Assembly: GCA_053919585.1 (NCBI GenBank)
Contig: CM132784.1
DNA: 64,000 bases
Source: Euprymna scolopes
Taxonomy: Eukaryota
Reading direction: 5' to 3' (one strand)
The translations under genes were made by a program, and so were the position numbers. Below the pieces are notes generated by a model that was not told where the DNA came from, made no database searches, and saw only the letters and a list, made by a program, of their open reading frames with translations. Positions within the stretch are counted from its first letter, which is position 1. The number at the start of each line of letters is the position of its first letter. Of the stretch, positions 51,006-63,014 are shown piece by piece.

Positions 51006-53665
51006 ATGTCTTCTGAACCAAGGAAACGAGAGGGAGGAGATACATCATTGATGACAAGTGCTCCTCAATGTTCTTTTGGATTACTAATGAAGAGTGCATG
51101 TCACCGCAATCTGAAGCCATCTTCAACACCAATAACTGCATTAGAGCATGATGTAAGAACTGTGCTCAAATTAAGAGCTGGTGTCACACTCACTGATGAA
51201 ACCGTTGCTAACATTTGCAGGTATCACGAATTTCATTTGGGGCATTACTTTGAGAAAAAATATACAAAGTGCTGCAACATCTTTTTGAAGCACAAAAGAA
51301 AGGTAAAGGGTGATCGTGCTATCAAGTTAGACATGGCTGAGATGCTAAAGCAGAAGGGCTACCATGTTGTTCCTGGCTGGAAGCTTTGCCGTCACTGTGA
51401 AGTAGCTGCCAAGAAGTTAGAAGATACAAGTGAAACAGAAGGAAGTGACAACCAAGACCTTGAAAATGAGTCGCAAATTGAACAAAAGAGAGAGAAACTG
51501 AATGACAGTCTAATGATGTTTGATATATCCCCTATAAAAACCGGTAGAATGCAGAAGCACACAAAAATCAATATTGTCAGAGAGAAATTAGAAAGAAACT
51601 ATGAAATGCAAGTAGAGGCAGCTGCCAAAGTCCTTAACATCTCTAGCCCTGAATTAGGAAGCCCTATTAGCAGCCAAACGAGTCAAACGGATTTAGTGGC
51701 AAAGGCAAAAGATTATGATTGTTTGTTGGATGCAATGAAGGACAAACTTGAGAATAAAGAAATGAAAACCAGTGAGAGGATCCAGTTGATGACTTTAGCT
51801 CCGGAAAGTTGGTCTCGAAAAGAGGTGTCTGAATATTTCAATGTCTCTGAATATATAGTACGTGAAGCACGGCAACTGAAAAAGGATCGAGGTATTCTTT
51901 CATTGCCACAGAAAAAGAAGGGGAGAGGTCTCTCAAAAGAGGTTATCAATTCTGTCTTGGCTTTCTATGAGGACAATGAATTTTCACGGTTAATGCCTGG
52001 AGGGAAAGATTTTGTGAGCATTGGTAATAAAGTTCATGTCCAGAAACGGCTCCTATTATGCAATCTTAAGGAGCTTTATGTAGCTTACAAAGAAAGCTAT
52101 CCTGAACACAAAATAGGTCTTTCAAAGTTCTGTGAGCTCCGTCCAAAATGGTGCGTCACCGTCTTGACATCAGGTTCTCATTCAGTTTGTGTTTGCACCC
52201 ACCATCAAAATACCAAATTGCTTGTTGACTGCTTTGTTTCAACTGTCAAGACTCAGCTCAGAAGGAAAGCTGAAGAATCCAGAGATGAGAGTGCTGCTAA
52301 TGTACCAACTGAAAATCCCAATTTTAATATCACTTACAAAGATTTGATGGCCTTGGTAGTTTGCGACACCAATAGTCTTGAATGTATGGTCCACCGTTGT
52401 CCTAAATGCCCAGGTTTCCCTGCTCTAGAGAAGTATATCAGAGATAAATTTACTGAATTGGAAATTGACAGTGAGATGTCATATAGTCAGTGGGAGAGTG
52501 TGGATAGGACAATGCTACGGACACAGATGGCTGATGTAGATTACTTCATAGAGATATTGGTATACAATGTTGATAATCTAACGACCCATTCCTTCACAGC
52601 AAAGAGCCAAGCGCAGTATCTAGAGAAGAGAAGAAATAACTGAGACCGAATGTATACTTCTCTTGGACTTTGCGGAAAATTATCACTACGTGGTGCAAGA
52701 TGAGATCCAGGGATATCACTGGAACAAAGACCAGTGTACCATACATCCAGTGGTAATTTATTACAAAGATAACAATGGTAAACTTCAACAGATCTCATTA
52801 TGCATCATTTCAGATGACCTTGAGCATGACACCTGTTTTGTGCATGAACTGCAAAGAATGGTGATGTACATCAAAGAGAAATTTCCCTGGATCAAGAGTG
52901 TAGAGTACTTCAGCGATGGCTGTGCTGCCCAATATAAAAACTTCAAAGCATTTATTAACCTTTGCCATCACTCATCAGATTTTGGAATTGATGCAACTTG
53001 GGCATTTTTTGCAACTAGCCATGGCAAATCACCCTGTGATGGAATTGGTGGGGCTGTCAAACGCAAAGTTCTCCGTGCCAGCTTGCAAAGGCCAATAAAA
53101 GACCAAATACTCACTTTTCATGCTGTTGCAGACTTTTGCAGATCATCGATCACTGGTATCATGTTTCTAAAGATCGACAAAGACATGGTTTCAGTTCGAG
53201 AGAAACTTCAAATGAGATATAAACTGGGAGATACTGTGCCTGGTACAAGGAGCTGTCACTATTTCAAACCAACTTCTCAGTTTACTATTCAGGGCAAGCA
53301 ACTGAGTGCTGACACAACGATCTTTATCGACCATTCTTTCCTGGACATGCCTACGCCGCTAGATGAAACTCTGGAGTTGCTCAAATGCAATGACTACATT
53401 ACTTGCATTTTTGATGGGTATTGGTGGTTAGCATTGATTGAGTGTCAACAGGGAAGAGAAAGATCTTACTTGCAAATTCCTGCATCCACATGGACCATCA
53501 CATCAATTCCACTGGCCAACTAATAGGGATAGAGGCTATATTCCACTAAGCAAGGTCGTTATGAGAGTGCAGACCCCAAGTATTTCAGTGAATGGTAGAA
53601 CATATTTCATCACCAAGGAGGAGAAAAATAAGACTCAGAACTATTTTGACAGATTAAGTCAATAG
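51006..53665 (+). pseudogene. Sola2-like transposase (~880 aa if repaired) with two frameshifts at ~52632 and ~53443
   Basis: ORFs 50943-52643, 52663-53523 and 53438-53665 join as ...YLEKR/EITETECILLLDFAENY... and ...WWLALIE/SVNREEKDLTCKFLHPHGPS; Cys/His-rich N-terminus; acceptor ttccag at 50990 upstream of ATG 51006. Confidence 0.85.
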
Positions 53666-53753
53666 TTGGAGTTATAACAAATGTCTGTTTTATATTTGTT
53701 TGACAGTTTTTCTTATGATAAACTAGATTATGCATCAGTCTTTTATTTTCGAC

Positions 53754-54482
53754 TATTTTTTTGTCCATTTTGACTGTGAAGTAGGGGTCCATATCCTTTT
53801 ATATGATGTAATTTGACATTATATTATGAAAATGGGCTATAATGAGCCGATCCAAGTCTTTTTTCAGCTCTAGATATTGATCATAACTTAAGATTAGATT
53901 GTTGCCAAATTCACCAAAAAATCCTTAAATTTTTATAAAAATGCCAATTTTGAGGCTTTAGTGTCTGGAAATGTCAAATATGCCGAAAGGTTTTATTTGA
54001 TTTTTGTAATTTCCAACCCATTGTCACTTTAAAAATCCAAAGGAGAAGTCTGGCAAAGCACCACAGTTATGTTTTTTTCTCAATAAAATATCGCCCCAAA
54101 CAAGCTCTAAAAAAGTGCTGCGGCACCACCTAAAATGGTAAAAATAAGGTACTTCCTCTCATTTGCCATCTTTCTAACCATGATTTTTGGATTCCTTGCC
54201 CTCAAAACCTTATATGTGTGAATATTTAGCTCCAGAGCTTTATTTTTTGCAACAAAAATGCAAATTTTGTAAAACGCCGGGAGTCGAAAATTCTACGTCA
54301 TGAGATAGCAATTTTTGATTTCCAGGCCGAAACCAACTGTGAAAAAAAATATGTTCCTGAAATCCAACTGGGCTGAAATTGCAGATTTCTCTTAGTTTTA
54401 ACCCAAAGTTTGTATGGTGTAAATATGAAAAAAATCCAAGAGGGGGTGTGTCGGGGCTGGATGAATTGGGCTGGAATAACCC
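53754..54482 (-). repeat. Right TIR (~729 bp)
   Basis: Reverse complement of the left TIR. Confidence 0.95.
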
Positions 54483-55507
54483 TATAGATCAAAATATATT
54501 ACAAGAATAGAATGCCATTTGCAACTGTCTCAACAAAAATGGAAAAGAAAAAATGGGTTTTAATTTTCAAAAGAAAAAAAACAAGCCATCCATTTCTGCC
54601 AAATCCAGAAAATGCACCATGACCCAATATTGAAACTGGACAATGAAATTGTACCTTTAATTGATCAATATAAATATTTGGGCGTCATATATATATAAAG
54701 CCATCCAACTCTTAAAGGTAGGAGCTCACAGACTAGGGTGGGGACAAAGACTACAATTAAATTATACAGATCCCTACCTCCCCAGTGGTAAGTCTATATT
54801 TAGAAACAGATGAACCCTCATTGTCACTTAGAAGAGAAAAACTAGGACTACAATATTATACAAAATTGGCTTCATGTCCAACTAATCCTGCCTGTAAATG
54901 TCTTCCACCCTCAATACAAAAACCTCTTTGAAAGAAAAGAAAAATGCTATAAAACCATTCAGCCTACGTATGGAAGAATCCATAAAGGCCGAATACATTG
55001 CAACAACATGAATCTGTAAAACCTAAATATCCCCACTGGCTGACAAAACAACCAAAAATAATATCAGACTTAATTATCCTAAAACCAATCCAATCATACA
55101 AGAAAAATTCCAAATAAAGATAAGTATTCCAAACACTCAACAATTTATACAGACAGTTCAAAAAGACAGATGTGCAGCCATACACAATAGAACAAACCAA
55201 ATCAAGATTACCAGACAAAGCCTCCATTTACAGTTCCGAAGTATCAGCCATTGGTATGGCAATTGATCTTATAGACTCCTCTAAAGATAAAGAATTTACT
55301 GCTCGGATCCAAATCAGTACTTGAAACACTGGAAAACAGGAAGCCAACAAACCAATAATCACCAAAACCCTAAATAGAATTGATATTCCTAACGATAAAA
55401 GCATCTTTGTTGTTGATCTAGTCATATTAAGAGAGTAATGAGAGCTGACAAAGCAGTAAAAGGAAGCATTAAAATTGACCCCAACCAAAGAAGATCCCTC
55501 ATACTGA

Positions 55508-58500
55508 CACAAATGCTTGAAGTCTACATTATATGCAAGTATATCATTCCTGTAACCCTGTTGTAGCCAGAGCGAATGTACCAACTATAAAGAAAATCAG
55601 ACTGAAATTTGGAAAAAAAAAAAAAAAAAAAAAAATTACCAAAACTAAATATACGCTAAACGTCACCTACCCAGCAGCAAGGAAAAAAGTTGAAACAATC
55701 AAATATTCAGAAATAATAAAAAAGAATACTCCTAATACTAATAAGCACAACAATTATCACGCAACAAACTTAGACATTAAAATCCAAGACCTCACCGACC
55801 AAATCAAAATATTAATAAACACAATTGAAGAAATGAAAAAAAAATAAATATAAACAAAACCTCACTGGAACCAAAAACCCAAACATCACACCCAATAGAA
55901 ACAACCCCTTTAGCTGAAAAAGAAAACAAAAAAAAAAAAGCAAACACCAAAAAACATACCAGAGGCAAAAAGAAAATAGCAGAAAAAAAAAATTCAACGG
56001 ACAAGTCACGTTCACTCTGCCCCGGAAAGAAGGGGCCGGCGGAACAGCGAAACAACCTCTGCGGTGCATGAACCTAAACTCCCAACACACTGCAACCACG
56101 ACCATGCTCACAATCCAAAAGTAGAGAAACAAAAAAAACACTATGCCTTTAGGACTCGAAAACCAAGAAGTTATGGAGACTGAGGAATCAAGATATCCCT
56201 CTTATCCCATGAACCAATAAATGACGATAAGGAAAAAAATAAAAATAAATAAAAACAATACCCATGCAAAATCTTACAAATCGTAACGAAACAACATTCC
56301 TACAATGGAACTGCAGAGGACTAAAACCATGAAGAAATACTAGAAATCACCAACAAACATAATCCAGCAGCAATAATATGTCTACAAGAAATACTACTCA
56401 AAGAAAATCACAAGTAAAAATTCAAAGAATATAACATGTACGACAAAACCCATATATCTACAACAAAGCAATCGGAGGAATGTCCATACTAATTAAAAAC
56501 ACTATACATCACACAATCCTCCAATTAAACACTGAACTACAAGCAATAGCACTAATGGCTAACTTACACCGCAAAATCACAATCTGCTCCATATACATTC
56601 CACCAAATCGGCCAATAAAAAAAAAAAAAAAGAAATAGACATGCTAATTAACCAACTTCCACCCCCATTTATAATAATGGGAGATTTTAATGCGCACAGC
56701 AACCATTGGGGAAGTAATCAAAACAACAACAAAGGCAATATAATAAATGAAATCCTAAATACAACAAACCTATGTATACTAAACAATGGTAAAAATACCT
56801 ACATGCACCCAGCCAATGGATCCATGTCTGCAATAGACTTAACAATATGCACTCCATTCATTTATATGGACTTCCATTGGGATGTACTAGAAGATCAACA
56901 TGGAAGTGATCACTATCCCATCATAATTAAAAGTAATCAAAAAATACCGGAAGAAAAAGTCCCAAAATGGAAATTACATAAAGCCAACTGGGAAACATTT
57001 ACCAATCTATGCAGAACAGAATTAGACACGAACATTCTAAATAAAGAACCACTAAAACATTTCACACAATTCTTAAACAATATTGCCACCAAAACAATAC
57101 AAAACTTCAAACCCCACAAAAAAATCCAACCCTTGGTTTAATGAAACCTGCAAAAAAGCTGTCAAAGAAAAAACAAAAACAAAAAAAAAAACCCTTCAAA
57201 AATTCAAACAAAACGCTACAACAATTAACTTAGAAAAATAGATGCGTGCCAAAGCACGATACACCATAAAACAAAGCAAAAAAAACATCCTGGAAAAACT
57301 ATTTCACAGCTAAACAACCAAACACCAACTAAAAAAACATGGAATATAATAAAGAAAATAGCTGGAAAAGAAACACAAAATACCGCAAACTATTTAATTA
57401 AAACTGATGGAACAAAATGCATAAACAAAAAAGAAATAACTAATTTACTAGCTGAAGAATTCTACAAAAATTCATCAAACAAACAATATTGAACATCATT
57501 CCAAAATAGCAGAAAGAAAAACTTAATTTTACAACTAATAACAAAGAAACGTACAACATATCATTCAACATAAAAGAACTAAAAAGAGCAATAAATAAAA
57601 GCAGAAATACAACTCCAGGTCCAGACGATATACATTATCAATTCCTAAAACAACTACCAGGACCATCTTTGAAACTGTTGCTGTACATATATAACAAAAT
57701 ATGGAACACAGGAGAAATACCAAAATCTTGGTTTGAATCAACCATCATACCAAAGGCCAAAATGCAAGTAACCCAACCAGTTACAGACCCATAGCTCTAA
57801 CCAGCTGCCTCTCCAAAACTATGAAAAGGATGATAAACAACCGCTTAATATGGTACCTGGAAAAAAACCTTATCAAAATATCAGTGGATATAGAAAAAAA
57901 CAAAGCACAAACGACCAAATAGTATGACTAGAATCATTTATTAGACTGTTTCGTACGCGGGCACCACGTGATGGCAGTCTTTTTTGACCTGCAAAAGGCC
58001 TACAGTGCAACCTGGCGATATGGAATTCTAAGAGACGTACACAATATGAGAATAAGAGGAAATATGGCAATATTTATACAAAACTTCCCGTCTCAAAGAT
58101 ACTACAAAGTATGACAAGGAAACTATCAGATCAATACGATCAAGAAGCAGTAGTGCCACAAGGTAGTATATTATCCACCACCTTATTCTTAATTAAAATG
58201 AAATCACACAAATTGTCGACAATTTGAAAGATCATTATTTGTAGATAACTTTTCAATTGCATATTCTGCATTAAATATAACAATTGAAAGAAAGATGCAG
58301 CAATGCTTAAACAAAATAGAAAACTTGATCGATAAAAATGGATTTGAGTTGGCACAAAACAAAACTGTCTGTATTCATTTCTGCAGAAAACAAATATCTG
58401 GACCCACAGCTACAAATATAAGGAATCCCAATAGCACAACACACGAAATTTCTAGGTATTACACTGGACAATAAACTTAATATCCATATCAGTAACTTAA

Positions 58501-59923
58501 AGCAAAAATGCCAAAAAAGCAATGAAAATTTTAAAAGTAATATCAAAAACAGGCTGGGTAGCAGACCAAGACACAATGTTAAAAATATACCAGGCACACA
58601 TAAGATCAAAATTAGATTATGGCTGCATCACATATAGCTCCACCCGTAGATAAATCCTATCTCCAAAAATCATTAACCCTACAAAATCAAGGATTAAGAC
58701 TTAGTCTGGGAGCATCTCAAACATCACCCATGGAAAGCCTATACATAGAAGCCGATGAATCCCCCTCTACATTTAAGATGGCAGTAATTAATAACACAAT
58801 ACGCAATAAAACTACAAAGTGATCCAAACAACCCAATACATAAAAAAGCCCTTCAACCTACAATATACAGACTTTCATATCAGCAAATCAAAAAACATAC
58901 CTTCTTTTGGATATCGCATCAAAGAAATATTAGCTCAAATTAACGAAAACCGTAAGTAACACACAGGAAACAACCATGGACTTTAAAAGACCCAAGCACT
59001 GATCTGACTCTTACTAAATACCAAAAAAACAATACCAGCAACTTAATAAAAAGCTGCTTGGGTGAACTCAGAAAAGTACAACACAAATATACACTGATTC
59101 TTAAGCCCTTGGATATAAATTTAAACTATAATAGAATCAAGTGTTAGCCCCAGGAAGGAGCCCCTTGATCTCTTCAAACTAACAAAAGTAAAATTTAAAA
59201 AAAAAAAAAAAAAATGGAGCCAAAACAGGAACAGGTGCGGCATGTACAGATGGAAAGAACCCTCTCCAAATAAGACTTCCCATCAACGCATCAATATACA
59301 CAGCAGAACTACAAGCAATCAAAATGGCACTTGAATTAAGAACAACAATAAGAAAAAATTCATTATATACCGATTCTTTGTCATGCATCGTAGCTCTATA
59401 GAAGAAATAGAGCATCCTTATATATTAGATATAATGAACAAATACAATGAAATTATTGAAAAAGGTAAAGAAATAATCTTTGCTTGGATACCAAGTCATG
59501 TTGGTATTCCAGGTAATGGAGAAGTTGACAAATTAGCCAAAGAAGCCATTAGCAAAAATATAACAAACATCAAAATACCATACACAGATTTCAGCAGAAA
59601 AATAAGGGAATATAACAAAAATAAATGGCAAACAGAATGGGACACATATACTCAAAACAAATTACGCGAACACCAACCCATAATAAAAGACAAAACAACA
59701 ATAAAAGGACGAAGAGAAAATATCGTTCTAATCAGAATCGGACATACCAAATTAACGCTCACCTAATCGAAGCAACAGAAAAACCAAAATGCAATTTCTG
59801 CGACAGATGACAATAAAACATTAACAGAATGTCAAAAATACAAAACTACCAAAAATAAATATTATACAGTAAACGAAATTAAAGAATTGTTTCACAAGGT
59901 GACACCACACCAAATCATCAAAT

Positions 59924-59962
<39 letters not shown>

Positions 59963-60121
59963 CTCTTCAAATCACTTTAAACTGTAAAAACTCAAAAATT
60001 TTAAAAATACATAACTTAAAAAAAAAAAAAAAAAAAAAAAAAAACCTCTACTAAATACATAGCTTGGCATTAAATGACCCACAGTGGTTGATATGCCGTG
60101 AAGCCCCAATAAACCAACCAA
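55508..60121 (+). mobile_element. LINE B (I/Nimb-like), 5'-truncated within ORF1, with decayed APE-RT-RNase H ORF2
   Basis: 12-bp TSD CCCTCATACTGA at 55496-55507 and 60122-60133; LQWNCRGL, MGDFNAH, GSDHYPI, VPQGSILS, WIPSHVGIPGN; 3' AATAAA plus (CCAA)n tail. Confidence 0.9.
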
Positions 60122-60846
60122 CCCTCATACTGATTTAAAACAAACCATTGACAAATATATTAGAAACGTATGGCAAGAGTCGTGGAGTTCCTGTACTAAA
60201 AATAAACTACCAAATCAAGGAAACCATAGGAAAACATAAACCAAACAAATGAATGACCAGAAAGGAGGAAGTTATAATAAGACTCCGAATAGGAACCATA
60301 GACAGTCAATCATATACTAACAAGATGCGAAGACTTGAAAACAAAACGACTGAATCTATATCATGAAAAAAAACTGACAGACATATTCACTCATGTAGAC
60401 CCAACTACCCTTTTCAAGTATCTGAAGATAACGGGATTACTCAACAAAATTTAAAAAAAAAAAAAAATTACCTTATCTAACTATATAAACAGACACTGAA
60501 CGCCAGATAAATCCATATAACTATTAATGTATATGAAAAACAAACTCTGACATTAAATGACCACAGGTTGATATGCCGTAAAATCAATCGATCAATTCAT
60601 CAATATTTTTATATAACTACTAGCAGGCCACCCAGTCGTAAGGTATGCTTTAAATTTTTTTAATTACAAATTGTGTATTAAAGCCAATTCTATCAATTTT
60701 ACCTAATATATAGATATCAAACGTGAAAAAACAATGATTTGGGATTCCATTAGCTAGAATCAAACTAACACGGGTAATCAAGTGTTGTTTGGGGTAGTAA
60801 CATTACCTTATTTTCCATATTTTTAAACCAGCTTTTCTATTTTTAG

Positions 60847-60858
60847 GTACCCGTATGA
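60847..60858 (+). CDS. PPP4R1: Probable PPP4R1 terminal coding exon: VPV-stop
   Basis: Polypyrimidine tract plus ttttag acceptor, phase 0, GTA CCC GTA TGA; first strong acceptor after the TE stack, followed by UTR-like unique sequence. Confidence 0.65.
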   Translation, partial: VPV

Positions 60859-60938
60859 GAAAGTATCTGATACTTCATCCAGCAGGGACCAGCTCCACGT
60901 GTGGACAAATTCACCTTTCCGAGTGGATAGACTTCCAT

Positions 60939-60946
60939 CTGTGATA
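60939..60946 (+). promoter_or_regulatory. K-box / miR-2 8mer site (CTGTGATA) in the putative PPP4R1 3'UTR
   Basis: Perfect complement to miR-2 nt 1-8, about 80 nt after the predicted stop. Confidence 0.55.
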
Positions 60947-61000
60947 TGCCCAGTCGTCAGCCCTATGCAATGTTAACTTTACTAAACAACCAGTAGGGGC

Positions 61001-61033
<33 letters not shown>

Positions 61034-61157
61034 AGACCCACCATGAGTTCTAGAGACTAACGTTGCCGGTTTTTAATTTATTCATGAATTAACAAAAACA
61101 ATTATAATAATGATCAATTGTATTTTAAACTTATTTTCCTACATCCTTTATTTACAC

Positions 61158-61216
<59 letters not shown>

Positions 61217-61834
61217 TTGCTTCTGGACTTGGCAGAAAGACGAGAGAAAAAAAACTTTAACTATTTTCTGTTAAAGTTTTGTCTGCTGTCAACTCATTTT
61301 GAGTTTTTGGTTGACCACTTATACCGTTAATACATACTCAAAAAGGCCCATCTTATCTGCTGTTTCATGGCAAATTTGATTATCAGCAATGTATTAAATC
61401 TAAAGTATTCATTTATAAAGCAAATGTTTAATGAATTTTTTATTCATGCATTTTTGATCAGATTTACTGTAAAATGACAGTGTTAGGATACGCCCTTTTT
61501 AAATGGTTAAAGTTCTATCTAAATGGATATTGAGCTTTTTATATGCGCAAGGTCTGTTTTGATACGATTCTTTTTCAATTTTGAAATTGAGATATCTAGA
61601 TTTGACTTGTTTGTTTTTAAACATAATTTATCTTTTTTTTTTTGTCTTAAAACCATGAGCAAATTCCTAATCAATCCCAAAACCTTATAAAAATTTCCTT
61701 TTTTTTTTTTTTACATAAAATTTTTTTTATATAAACCTTGCCTTTTTTTTTTTTTTATAAGAAAATTTCATTTGATTAATTTGGAGATCATTAAGTTTTC
61801 ATAATCACATACAGGTGAGTGATTGCGGTAAACA

Positions 61835-61840
61835 AATAAA
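61835..61840 (+). terminator. Candidate polyadenylation signal AATAAA (another at 61959-61964)
   Basis: Hexamer followed by a GT-rich segment; not diagnostic in AT-rich DNA. Confidence 0.3.
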
Positions 61841-61986
61841 ATTTATGGGTGCAAACTGGCTGGCAAGTGGGTTGGTTGGGTGAGAATTGGAGTTTTACTC
61901 GTCCAGATTTTTTTCTTTCCAGCTTGGTGCATAAAAATTTTAAATTTCTCCAATGAAAAATAAATTCTTTTCATCCTGTGATCTCA

Positions 61987-62030
<44 letters not shown>

Positions 62031-62771
62031 GACTAACCTCCCAACACTGAAACTGGATAAATTAAACATCCCTTCATTGGTGTCTATTTTCTCCCATTTG
62101 GAGCATTCATTCTTATTCGTCTTCATAAATAGAGCTGATCGTTAATGTCTTGCATATACACACATATATAATACTATCGGGATGATTGTTTCCTACACTT
62201 TGAATATGGTGTGTAGCATCATGTTAAAGGGTTTAACAGCCTTAGCCCAATATCTTAACCACTTAACTATTCATATACGTTCATACATATGCTTATACAT
62301 TGATTTCAATTGGTTCTCTTTAGAAATCAGCTATAAACTTGGACTATATCTTTTGTTTATAGGAACACTTTTACATGTAAAACCGTTATGTTGAGGAATA
62401 TACATGCAGACATTCTAATTTCATTATATGTACAAGTATAAATATATACTGACACGATACAGGTATTAGGAATTAAATCTACTAAAATCTAATATTTCCA
62501 CTTTTTTTTTTTTTTTTTATTATTATTATTTCGGGTAAGATCCAAACTGTAAATTTGAGGTTAGTCAGTCTCTCGCAACATAGCATCTGAGATGTTAAAT
62601 CTTTTTAAATAATTTGAATCCTATTTCTCATGTAAAATATTTGAAAAATGCCTGTAGTTTCCATAAGCCTCCAGAGAGTACCAATCCTGTTTCTAGGAAA
62701 ATGCTATATGTGTAAACTTTTTACATCGAATGCTCTAGTCTTTCTATGAACAGATTCTTGCATTATGGATA

Positions 62772-63014
62772 TAGGTCATCTTTTGATATGCTCTTAACAG
62801 ATGTAGGTCATCTTTTGATATGCTCTTAACAGATGTAGGTCATCTTTTGATATGCTCTTAACAGATGTAGGTCATCTTTTGATATGCTCTTAACAGATGT
62901 AGGTCATCTTTTGATATGCTCTTAACAGATGTAGGTCATCTTTTGATATGCTCTTAACAGATGTAGGTCATCTTTTGATATGCTCTTAACAGATGTAGGT
63001 CATCTTTTGATATG
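62772..63014. repeat. Perfect 32-bp minisatellite, 7.6 copies (taggtcatcttttgatatgctcttaacagatg)
   Basis: Units start at 62772, 62804, 62836, 62868, 62900, 62932, 62964 and 62996 (partial); identical, no spacers. Confidence 0.97.

Larger units (their letters stand above)
46852..54482 (+). mobile_element. Sola2-like DDD/E DNA transposon, 7631 bp, with long TIRs and TATA target-site duplication
   Basis: Ends GGGTTATTCCAGCCC...GGGCTGGAATAACCC; TATA at 46848-46851 and 54483-54486; removing the element and one TATA restores the LINE frame; transposase motifs DFAENY, FSDGCAAQYKN and HGKSPCDGIGG. Confidence 0.88.
45890..60604 (+). mobile_element. 5'-truncated I/Nimb-like LINE A2 (RT-RNase H), split into 45890-46851, 54483-55507 and 60122-60604 by two later insertions
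   Basis: ORF 46405-46842 RT (QSGFR, VFFDIEKAYD, GVPQGSILS); reads DDLLICYRSK across the transposon and IPHTDLKQTI across LINE B; ends cattaaatgacc..ggttgatatgccgtaaa plus (ATCA)n tail. Confidence 0.85.

Noticed and set aside
52117-52124. miR-71 8mer (GTCTTTCA) in the transposase ORF
   Set aside because: A single CDS site is compatible with chance and has no supporting evidence
52620-52665. Programmed frameshift or tiny intron in the transposase
   Set aside because: No canonical slippery heptamer or GT-AG pair that restores the frame; a simple indel in an AG-rich run is more parsimonious
62772-63014. CRISPR-like 32-bp repeat array
   Set aside because: Units are directly adjacent with no spacers, there are no cas genes, and the context is eukaryotic
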